NCBI GenBank assembly: GCA_032718475.1
Contig: JAUCBJ010005397.1
Span: forward strand, 1 to 60,457
Direction of reading: 5' to 3'
From: Nemertoderma westbladi
Taxonomy: Eukaryota; Animalia; Xenacoelomorpha
Length of the DNA stretch: 60,457 nucleotides
In this document: piece by piece, positions 22,556 through 32,920 of the stretch
How the letters are laid out: every line of letters starts with the position of its first letter
Numbering within the stretch: position 1 is the first letter of the stretch
Position numbers and translations under genes: made by a program
The notes under the pieces: model-generated
What the model was told of the DNA's origin: nothing
Database searches by the model: none
The model's input: only the letters and a program-made list of their open reading frames with translations

Positions 22556-23665
22556 CTAATTCTCTCGCCTTCCTCCCGAGTTCGAAATGAAGTTTAACTT
22601 CCTTCTCGCGTTGTCCGTCTGTCGTTGTTGCGCCTCGAACTCTGCTTGTCGTATAGCTGACTGAGCCTTTATTTGCCGTGTTTTCATCTCGGCTCTCGCT
22701 TCTGATACTAACCTCTGTCGCTCTAACTCGGCCGCAGCTGTTCGTTGCGCTAACTCGGCCGCTGCCGCTTGTTGTGCAATGTCCAACTCTAACCTTTCCA
22801 TCTCAGCCGCTTCCAACTCGGCTTGTTCTTGCAGATGAGAGATTCTTGCAACATCCGCAACGCGTAGTTTTTCTTCTTCTACCGCCGCTTGTGCCGTCAA
22901 CAATTGAGCTTGTTCCTCCGCTTCCCGTTGTTGTCTATCCACTTGTTGTTGCTGTCTGGAAATTTCTGACGTCACGATACTTATCTCGCCAATTTCGCTG
23001 CGAATACTCACTAACGATTGGTCCAGTATTCCCGGTGCCGATTCGATTCGTACGGGTGAAGTTTCCCTCGTATATTCCGGCACGGTTTCCAAATCGCCGA
23101 CGTCTTCGCCGCACATACGTAAGTGGTCCGTCAGATGTTTCAATTGTCCATCCAGTCGGTACAGTTCCTGTTCTTCCTCGGGCTGCAATAATTCGTCCGA
23201 AACTGACTCACCTAACAACTGGTCCGCTTGTTCCTGTTGTATCTGTCTAATCGTCGACTTAAACTGAATCAGTTTCTCTCTAGCGATCATTAGTTTCCCG
23301 AGGATTCTAAGTTGAGTATCCATGTCCTGTCTCTGTCTGGCTAGATCTTGTAGGCCAACTAGATTATCTACGGACTTATATACTTTACTCTGTACTCTAA
23401 CCTGGAGGGTGTAGAACTCGAATCGAGACATCGGAGCGGTCAACCCGTCTAATATGCGTTGGCCTTCTCCAATACTCCTGGTAATATGCGCCATATAACC
23501 TCCGACGCTCCTAACTACACTTTCTGTGCTTCCTGCTGAACTTACCATTTCCGTTTCCCTATATCTAGGTTGCGGAACAGTTAGAAAGTCCTCGGTCAGT
23601 CGGTCCTGCCGTCGCCTCGTACTACGGCATCCGGTACTCCCGTTGGATGTACTGGTGACGCACAC
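22556..23665 (-). CDS. gag: BEL-B Gag N-terminal coiled-coil ORF (out of frame with the main polyprotein)
   Basis: Q/E/A/R-rich heptads; VRVQSKV...LARQRQD resembles BEL-C VRERI...ASKRRQD; upstream 62-aa ORF (23784) starts MSDKQ like BEL-A/C gag. Confidence 0.7.
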   Translation of the reverse strand: MCVTSTSNGSTGCRSTRRRQDRLTEDFLTVPQPRYRETEMVSSAGSTESVVRSVGGYMAHITRSIGEGQRILDGLTAPMSRFEFYTLQVRVQSKVYKSVDNLVGLQDLARQRQDMDTQLRILGKLMIAREKLIQFKSTIRQIQQEQADQLLGESVSDELLQPEEEQELYRLDGQLKHLTDHLRMCGEDVGDLETVPEYTRETSPVRIESAPGILDQSLVSIRSEIGEISIVTSEISRQQQQVDRQQREAEEQAQLLTAQAAVEEEKLRVADVARISHLQEQAELEAAEMERLELDIAQQAAAAELAQRTAAAELERQRLVSEARAEMKTRQIKAQSAIRQAEFEAQQRQTDNARRKLNFISNSGGRREN

Positions 23666-24620
23666 GGTGTAGGTTCGGTAGGCTCGCGAGTCTTCCCCTG
23701 TTGTTCTTCCGCTGCTGACTTATCTCCGTCACACGAGTCATAGTCGGTTTGTGTATTCTTCGTATAGTCTTGTTTGTCACTCATTTCGGTAGTTGTAAGT
23801 CAAGTAAAGTGAGTGTCAAAGTATCGAGTTTACCGTATTTACATCTAAACGGTACTAATTACAGTCATATAAAATTAGCCTACCGGCCGATTTTATAGCA
23901 GATGGATAAAATTAGCCTAAACGGCCAATTTTACAGCAAATAAATGTCACGGAATAAGTATATAATAAAATTAGCCTAGCGGCCAATTTTATAACAAATA
24001 AATCGGATAACGATATGCGTTATCAAAAGGTAAATTAAATACAATAATACGGACTAATTCAGCAATGAACAAAGAAATCATACGGAATGCATAAATACTT
24101 GAGACAGTGGAACCCACAATAATTTTTGCTAATACGGTAATGCCTAACTTATTTATGCAACTTTTCGAACTCACCCACTCCAATAATTCTCCAGAAAAAC
24201 AGATTCCCAGATACAAACCGAACGTGAACCTTTCCGTTTTTAACGTTGCGGACGAAACGCGATTTTCCCAACCAAAGTTGTTGAGTTATCTATCTCCCAA
24301 ACTTGCTAAACACGGTCTTGCTCCCGTTACAGTCTAGAAATGAGTTCTGAATCCTGAAAAAACAAAAGAGTTAGGTTTTACTTTTACGAAAAATTTTGTA
24401 CCGGTACAATATGGTATTTAAACCCTTTTAAACACCGGTATTCAATTCCAAAAATATTTTACACGCGGTTCAAATCAAATTTTATTTCAAAAAATTAGCA
24501 CTTAGCTAATCAAATACAAATTTTTACCTCAAAATACAAAATTTTCAAATAACTTTAGTCCTACCGAACCGTAGTTCAGTAAAACATATTCCTACTAAAT
24601 TGGGAAATATGTTAAAATAA

Positions 24621-24632
24621 TCATATTCCTAC
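24621..24632 (-). promoter_or_regulatory. Non-tRNA PBS-position 12-mer of BEL-B (GTAGGAATATGA)
   Basis: Abuts the 5' LTR; exact complement of LTR-internal 25687-25698 (and 12616-12627). Confidence 0.72.
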
Positions 24633-26099
24633 TAAATTGGAGAGATACGCCTATTCCTACTATCGGAAGAGACGGTAACAATACCTGCAATATCCTACTG
24701 TAAAGTTTGTAAATCAAATCATAAATCCGACCTTCTCACCAAAACAGTAAACCCTAAGTAAGCGAATATATTGCAGTATCGATCTCTTTTAACCGGTGAG
24801 GCAGAAAACAGTCTACGAGCAGACAAACTTCGATAAAACAAAAATCCCGCGCAGCGAATCCTAAAATCAGGCTGACTCACTGACGGACTAAGGGGCTCGT
24901 ATACTTTGCCGCGGTGTGATTTATATGGTTGGGCGAAGGGACGCTAGCTAGGTACAGAGCAGATGTTTGGAGATGTCTAACTAGCGGGCAAAGTGCAGTA
25001 AGGACGAAAGTTAATTTTATATATTTCGAGGTGTAAATAATTTCTAACGCGCGTGTGTTAATTCTGAACGGTCAAAACAGTTTTGCTCCTTCACATATAT
25101 AATTACTGGGTACGGTGTGCATTTTACGAATATTCTAATTTTATAACTTGTAGGTCCAATACTTACGAATGATAAGGTTCCTTCCCCTCTTGCGTATTTC
25201 CAGGACTCAAATTCAGGCATAAGGTTAATACTACGCCCAGAATTCGGCAATTTTAGGTACCAGGTCCCTGATACTAAGAAGAGATGTGTTAGTTTACTAC
25301 TGTAGGCGTACGGGTACTAATAGCTATCCTGGCTCCTATCTAGAATTTTAGTCACCCAGGTAGTCCGGGTAACTTCCTATTAGGGCGTTGGCGGGGACAC
25401 GGTAGATGTTAGTATATCCCTGATAGCCTCAATTTATTTGCGCCTAGTGTAAACTGCCCTACCGCCTGAACGGTACAATCCCAATTCAGGTGAAAACACA
25501 GCAACCCCCCTAGCCTACAAGTTCTGATGTAATGGACACCGTTGTACGGCAAATAGTCGCACACACACCTGTACTTAGCAAGAGTTAAGCGTACAGTTTG
25601 CTGCACCCTAACCAATGTGTATGCCTTGTACCGGTGTGCCTACGTCCTATCTGCGTACTAGTATCTGCTCTCTCTCCCTCCCCCCCGTAGGAATATGAAG
25701 GTCTACTGCGGTTTTCCCTGAATCAAGACAGTACAGTCCCTATGATGTAATTTTGGGCTTGCAGCGTGTCACTACGTCTACCTGTTGATCTTTTGGTCTT
25801 ACACTTAGGTAGCAAGGATCGAACGCTGTCTAACCTTTCAGGCGATGGGCGAATAACTCTAAGATGGTATTGCGGGTTGTCTCTCGTCTACATTCCCGTG
25901 ATGTTCCCGTTCATTGCTGCGGCCCGATCTCTAGCCGGCCATCCTGTCCCTGAGTTTGTTCACCGTAGTGAAACCATAGTAAAACAGATAGAAAGCTGAG
26001 ATGTGACTAGTATTTCTGACTTTATTACAAAAGATATAATAACTATTATACAATAAACAATGTAATCTGAAATAAGACAGAAAGGATTGAGAGTGAATG

Positions 26100-26280
26100 A
26101 TAGAAGTGAACTAATGAACAAATCGCACCTTTATATACTAAATTTGTGCCGCAATCAATCGAGAAAATTCTCGATTGTTCTATGGGTTCTAACGGGGTTT
26201 TAAAGATAGCTATTGGTCCAGCTAATATATAACTTGCACGACATTGGTTACAATCAAATAACTACAGCCTTATTGGTACA
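26100..26280 (-). promoter_or_regulatory. Putative Pol II promoter in BEL-B LTR (3x CCAAT + TATATAAA)
   Basis: Minus-strand CCAAT near 26272, 26243, 26212; TATATAAA at 26137-26130; Inr-like TCACTT ~30 nt downstream. Confidence 0.55.
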
Positions 26281-26333
26281 GACAAATGCAATTAATTTGT
26301 AGCGGTTAATTTAAATGAGTTGAAATTCTGCAC

Positions 26334-26420
26334 AAAAAATAATTCGCACTTACTAGGATTCGAACTCGATACCTACTACACATATAATTTCCAACGCTCT
26401 ACCAACTGAGCTACTGAACC
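26334..26420 (-). ncRNA. tRNA-derived Pol III cassette in 5' LTR
   Basis: Copy of 13263-13349: A box 26413-26396, B box 26365-26356, T6 26339-26334. Confidence 0.6.
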
Positions 26421-26551
26421 ACTTGACCGATAGATGCATAATAGATAGAACCAATACTAATGAGAACTCAAAGCAATCTTTACAAAGTTAATTCGAATAA
26501 AATAAAATTTTGAAAATCCACGGCATTTAGGGAATATAATTCTATAGAAGC

Positions 26552-26850
26552 GGTCCCGTTCAAGTGTCAAGCTAGGGGAGACTAATGGAATACCTCCAAT
26601 GTTGTATATAGAATCTGATTGGAGATGTGTTCATTGTACTTGACACAATGAACCCGGCGCAGCATTCAGAGATTTGGTATCCTCTGCAGTTAAAGTCCAG
26701 CATGGGCACCCATATAAGAGTACTGGTACTACTACAGTACAGCCACAAATAATCGAAACTTAAGGTTCCGTTTTATTCTATGGGACTTCCAAATCCTGGA
26801 CAGACTATTTAATGCTGCCATGCCTTCCCCTTACACATCCAAAGGTCTTC
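26552..26850 (-). pseudogene. RTE-like LINE ORF2 fragment (right half of the BEL-B target site)
   Basis: Degenerate KRNLKFRLF...VLLYG...WTLT and GIPLVSPSLTLERDR on minus strand. Confidence 0.6.
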
Positions 26851-27084
26851 ACCTGACTTTCGGATCATGATCCAAAGTAACATAAGTCATCCACGTGCTC
26901 AAGCAAGCCGTCCCTATAGCATTATTTGCCCTTACGATCAGACATTTCTTGATGGCTGTCTAGGGTCACTGTCATGCTGTTGGACTTCTTGGAGTTTACA
27001 AAAAGACCAACACTAGAAGCAAACAGCTCCAATGACCAGAGGAGCATTTTGGCTCCCTCTAGTGATTCAGATTATATAAAAATG

Positions 27085-27350
27085 AAGGTTTCCCATTGGT
27101 TCTTCCAAGCGTGACACTTGAAAGAAGCCGCATCCGCTTCGCAGGACATTGCTTTCGCCGTGAGGAAACAATCTTGTGCCTGGGCACAATCTTGTGCTTT
27201 GGCGGCCTTATGGATAAATTAAACATGGTGTCAGTCTATGAATTTCTTGAGACGTCTCTTAAAGGTCACTTGCCTTGAAGTTGCGGATGATATACTGTAC
27301 TGTATGTATAGCAAATGTCATGGGTAATGGCATACCCGACAAGCCAGCAT
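27085..27350 (+). pseudogene. RTE-like LINE 3' fragment
   Basis: VTLERSRIRFAGHCFRRE; paralogue of 11395-11561. Confidence 0.6.
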
Positions 27351-28159
27351 TGATTTAAGTATAGTATATTATTTGTATGTATATATTATATATATTGTAT
27401 ATTATATGTTTAAATTTGTACCTTACAATTTGATTTAATTTAATTTAACGTACAATTTGTTTAATTTAATAAATAGTGTTATGTTTACCAACTTAAAAGA
27501 TTAATTCAATATTACATCGTTATCTGTTATTATTATTAAGGTTATCTCTACTACAGCGACTTTCATCGTCTGACAATACTAGACATAATACAACACTGAC
27601 AAAGTACCGTAATATAAAACCAAAAAACAAGCGAACCGTAACAACAGGTAGGCCTCTTCAACCGTCAGACATGACACACTCAACACATCACCAGAGTCAT
27701 TAAAATTATCTTTATGAGACCAAAGGTCGGGTACAATGTATCATGTACTAATTTAGCATATTAATTTACTCAATATGTAGAGTAGAGCAATATGTGAATT
27801 TTTTAATTAACAATAATTAATTAATTGTAATATCCTTACAGGATGGTGAAGGGCGTTGCATACATCTTATACAGTAGGCCTGGCCTACCAACTGTTTGCA
27901 TATACAAACAGCAGGCATAGAGTTGCCTTTGTATTGTACATTTGGGGTTTGTGGAATACGTACAATTCAATTCTGTTATTAAAAATATTGTATCCCATTA
28001 CAAATCATGTGTATTAATTTCTTCACACTACAAGATTACATTATCACACTACAAAAACATAGAAGCAGCAGATATCCCGTTCATATGTATGTATTTATTG
28101 ACATAAATGAGTTTATACAAATCAAATCGAAACACATCAAACAAAAATATGAAGTCGTC

Positions 28160-28640
28160 ACCAACTTTGTGGATGATTTTGACCTCTTTCTAATAGGCTA
28201 GTAGATGCACAACTTCTACTGAACAAAGTGGAAAGGGCTGCTAAGGTAATTGACATTGCTTATAAATGCTATCAAATAAGAATTCATGACTTTTAATGTC
28301 AATGCAAAGGAAGCCTGATCACCGTAATAATAATTTAGTAAACCCTTGGACGACTTCCAGTTCCTTGGCTCAAGGATAGAGAACAGTAAAAAATACATAG
28401 AAGTTAGGAAAGCAAAGGAATGGGTAGCTCTATCAAAAATGGGTACCATCTGGAAATCAGATCTCTCCACAGCTCCAGGCACCTGAAGACTAAGTTATTT
28501 CGAGCCACAGTGGAAAGTGTACTTTTATACGGGGGTGAGACCTGGACACTGACGAAGTCACTTGAACAACGAATTCAGGGTTGCTTCACAAGACTTAAGG
28601 GCAGCCCTAAACATCAGATGGATATAAAGGATTACATAGA
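28160..28640 (+). pseudogene. RTE-like LINE RT C-terminal fragment
   Basis: KTKLFRATVESVLLYGGETWTLTKSLEQRIQGC; upstream frameshifted FVDD/DDFQFLGS remnants. Confidence 0.7.
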
Positions 28641-29402
28641 GATAGAATAACTAACCAGATGGTTAATATTAAATACAGATGAGATGCATATAATGTAATT
28701 CAACCATACTTCTCCAATATGGCATCAATCAATGGAATGTCAATGTATTGCTGCTGTATATAAATATAACATAATGCAGTTATTTAGAGAGGCAACTGAT
28801 AATGTTTGCTCTTTCAACCTGTATACCCATAGGCCTACAGGTCAACTGTATTGTAGAAGGTGGTATAAGCTGCCAGCTAGAGCTAATAATAATAGAACCC
28901 CAGGATGGGAAAAGATTTACAATAGCTCTGCATACAGTGGGAGCTTACCGCTTCATTTCCTTCATAAAAGTTGGGGTATGATCATAAATTACTTCATATA
29001 TAGTCATCCTCGCCTGGGCGTAACTCCAGTGAATGCATTCCTTCTCAGTCAGTAATATTTAGAAAGAAATTATATTTAAAATAATAATGATATTTATGTA
29101 AATATCGGAGGTAATTTTTCACTATTTGTATTATGCAAATATCTAGAGTAAGCTTTTATAAAAATAAGTTCTACTTTATTTCTTACCTAATGGATAATAA
29201 TTATTTTAGTGAATTTTAATAAGTTATGCGGTATTTTCTTAGGATCTAGATGTTCAAGATGAACAACATTCTGCAGTTAAAATATTAATATTATTTATGT
29301 TAATAATTTGAATATCGGTGTATGCAGACGTATCACTTCATTGTGCGATATGCGCCACCTTGCATTAGGCCTACTACTTGCTGTATTACCGTACTATTCT
29401 AA

Positions 29403-30397
29403 TAGGCGAGTCAATCTAGCCGAAAAAGGGTGTCAACCCATAACAAATTCGCAATTCATCCAAACCAATTTTTTTTTATTCTACATTACCTTGTTAATAC
29501 CCCCACAAAAAGTCTATAAAAATATATTATGCGGATCACCTTCAATTTCCTGTTTCTTTCCTTAGCAACATGGATTTTACATAGCAACAAGGGGTCTATT
29601 AGTAGGATTTTCTCCAAATTTGGTACAGACAAACTTTACTCTAATCACTATCAATTGACAGAAGTATGCACTTCTATATGGTTACCAATTTAGTTTCCAG
29701 AGCAACGGAAATTGGTCTAATAATTTAACCATTTTTAATACCAATTTTGCTGGTACAATATAAGGACCTTATTTACACAACTTCTCTACTAAACGGGTGG
29801 ATGTAACCTCGCCCATCGGATTTATAGACCTCAAAAACCCTTATCCCCAAAAAAATTATTTGTTATATGATAAACTATTGTAGTTTTCAAACTAAAACAA
29901 ATAAATAAATTACACCTAAAATCAATAGAGCAATAACAATTTAATTATGTGAAAAATCTTCACTAACATTAATGGAAATTATGAAATTTCCTTGCAGTGG
30001 AATTGTATAATTTTTTTACAACAGTTACCTTAATATATCGTGAAGTTTTTGATATATTTAAAAATTTGATGCGACTTCTAGTTTCCGAGATATAGCAATT
30101 AATGTGTAACACGCCAGTGTAAATATTACTAATATCCCATTGAATCACAGCTTATTGTGAATTTAATTAAATTATTCTGGAACATCACCAATTTGCTACT
30201 TACTTTTCCCTACTGTTCCTTTTGTTTGGCTTGTGTTATGCACATTTACGCAGAATTTCCATGAATAAACATATGATCCGCAAACTAAAATTTTATAGAC
30301 TTTTTTTGGTCATTAATAAGGTAATATAGAATCCAAAATATGTGGTTCGGATTGATTGCGAAATACTTATGGGTTTTTTGCTAGATTTACTCGACTA
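29403..30397. mobile_element. Degenerate MITE-like element with ~130-bp imperfect TIRs
   Basis: taggcgagtcaatctagc...aaaaagtctataaaa...tgcggatca mirrored by tgatccgca...ttttatagactttt...gctagatttactcgacta. Confidence 0.6.
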
Positions 30398-30899
30398 TAA
30401 TGGCATTATTGAAAATTACTGAAATAAAAGTAATTTTTATAACATTATGCGTGATTGCTTCTATCTATATATTCATAAATGCTGCGAAGAAAAATTTGGA
30501 GAATAATTACCAAGCGAATTTAGTTCACGAGACAAATGCAGAAATGCGAGCAAATACATGGTATGTTAGTTAGTGAATGTCCAAGGACTACTGAAGTAGT
30601 CCTTGTGAATGCCTTATAATTAAATAATTATTTCTTTATATTGAATTACTTTATTCTTTTGGAAACGGTTTTCAACACTATACATATACCCCAAAGTTTT
30701 GCTAGCCCTGAAATGGCCAGGAGAGTGCGACACACTTGCACCATTCTTATTCGTAATTGTGGTTGATTATGTTCTACACATGTCCTTAGATCATCATAAA
30801 AATGATGGAGGTGATGGTAACACCCCCTACTGGCACAAGAAGTAGAGGAAATCTATATTGAAAAAGTCCCCACAGGCGTCAGGCAAGGCAAACTGTGTT

Positions 30900-32071
30900 T
30901 GTAAAATCTTTTGCGGAATTAGCCGGTTATTTTCCCCGTAAAGTACTCTGTAGTTGGTTTAACAGGCATAAAAAGCCGTATCCTTACTGTACTGGTGTTT
31001 TGGGGGACATGGGAAGCCATTTCTTCTGTATGTGTACTTTAGCGGACATAATTAGCAATTCTATGACGCAATGCGCTAGATCCTCTTGAAACAGTGTAGT
31101 TACTATGACGACAGCTAACAGCTGAGCTGTACACGTGTAGCTTTTTCCTTGTTCTCTGGTGTTTCTTTGTTCGGTCAACCAATCAGAGCGATTCTCCTGC
31201 TTTTTGTACAGAAACCTCCGGGAAATCGCGCAATGCATTATGGGTCAATGTTTACATTTTGTCCTGAGCCCAGAAGACCGGCTTCGGAATCTCTGTGTTT
31301 TCAGTCTTTAGCCCAACATTAGTAGGCTTAATTATAGAACGTATATCTGTTATCTTACTCACTCACCTAATCATATTGTCAACTACAAACACCGCATTTT
31401 TACTGCTATTTACTGTTGGTTATTCATTATATCATTTGATGGAATATTATTATATTGGATAATATCCATAAATTAATCCTAAAACCCTCAATCTTCTTGA
31501 TATACTGAAGGTAAGAGAGACCGGTTACATATAACGATTGCGACTTACATTAAAGTGGTTCTGAAGTGAATCTAATGCTATTTCATAGGCACTACATGTA
31601 TTGGTTGTTGTTCTCTTTATATGTGACTAAAATTAGTGAAGGTTGGCAGATCGGTGTGCAGCATTGTGCAGTATTGTATATGATTGTGACTGATAACAAA
31701 GCATCTCCTAAAGAATGCGCCATATACGTGAATCTATAGCCATCCCGTTGTGTCTAGTTTAAGTCATAAGTCTGTTTACATATTTAGAGCGCCACGTCCT
31801 AAAGGAACTGTTAATATTTCCCGAAAGTGAATAATATTTGTCAGAGATTATATATTACGATCAGTCGAATAATACAGTAGGCCTACACCGCAATACGGTT
31901 AGGCTTCCGAATCCAGTCTCCCGGGTATATCCAGCGGGTGAATGGTCGCGCATAGACTGGCTTCGGCTAATGTAGTGTATCAAATACTCGTCATAGGCTA
32001 AAGACGATTTATTATCTAGAAGACATCCCAATTTGGCAGGTTAAACTGCTAAAGGTCTAAAAGCGCGAACA
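30900..32071 (+). repeat. 5' LTR of BEL-C
   Basis: TGTAAAA...GCGCGAACA; direct repeat of 48556-49727. Confidence 0.95.
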
Positions 32072-32083
32072 ATAACAGATATA
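32072..32083 (+). promoter_or_regulatory. Non-tRNA PBS-position 12-mer of BEL-C (ATAACAGATATA)
   Basis: Abuts the LTR CA; exact complement of TATATCTGTTAT at 31342-31353. Confidence 0.75.
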
Positions 32084-32349
32084 GCTTCTGTATTGCAGTA
32101 GGCAATAACGCTGAAGTACCGGACAACCGGTACCTAGTAGGCCTGACTACCTAACCACCCGGACCGGTACCTACAGCAGTACAGGTACAGCAGTATTATT
32201 CGATTTGATAATTATATACCGGTAGGCCTTAATATTGAATCAGGGAGGGCCCGCCCTGGCTTTTTATTGAGATTTTACTTATTTCTGTCAGGTTTTATTT
32301 ATTTGTAGGCCAATATTGAGCAGAAGGCGTGTAAGCCTGCTCAGATTGT

Positions 32350-32920
32350 ACAGATAATTTGTAGGCTGGACTGTTGTCTGACTGTTGTTAAGTCTGAAGG
32401 GACTGTAGTGTGTGTAGAGCGTATGTCCAAAAAAGTACTAGTTAGGAAAGTAGGGGCTTCCAGTGCTGTGAGGTAAACCCCCTCGAAAGAATAAGTCGTA
32501 CTACTCGGTTAGAACGCATACTAACTAACCATTTCGGAGTCTGCATATACTGTAGTTTATTTAGGCTTGATAGTAGTCTGCCAGCGTTTGGTCTGTACTT
32601 TGTTTGTGTAGTCTGTACGGGTAGCGTAATATTTCTTATTTAGATAATTTGTAGGCTGGATTTTGCCTGGCTGTTGTTAGGTCTGAAGAGATTTCGGTGT
32701 GTGTAGAGTGTATGTCCGATAAAGTGCCAGTTGGGAACGTAGGGGCTTCCAGTGCTGTGAGGTAAACCCCCTCGAAAGAATAAGTCATACTACTCGGTTA
32801 GAACGCATACTAACTAACCATTTCGGAGTCTGCATATACCGTAGTTTGTTTAGGCTTGATAGTAGTCTGTCAGTATTTGGTCTGCATTTTGTTTGAGTAG
32901 ACTGTACGCGTAGCGTAATA
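32350..32920. repeat. Tandem duplication (~289-bp period) in BEL-C leader
   Basis: gtaggggcttccagtgctgtgaggtaaaccccctcgaaagaataagtc at ~32450 and ~32739. Confidence 0.85.

Larger units (their letters stand above)
11562..26546 (-). mobile_element. Full-length BEL/Pao LTR retrotransposon BEL-B (~15.0 kb), lacking RT/RNase H
   Basis: Two 1914-bp LTRs at constant offset 13071 with no differences seen; TSD gaagc (11557-11561, 26547-26551); BEL-type gag, protease and integrase motifs. Confidence 0.95.
24633..26546 (-). repeat. 5' LTR of BEL-B
   Basis: Direct repeat of 11562-13475, followed by TSD gaagc. Confidence 0.95.
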
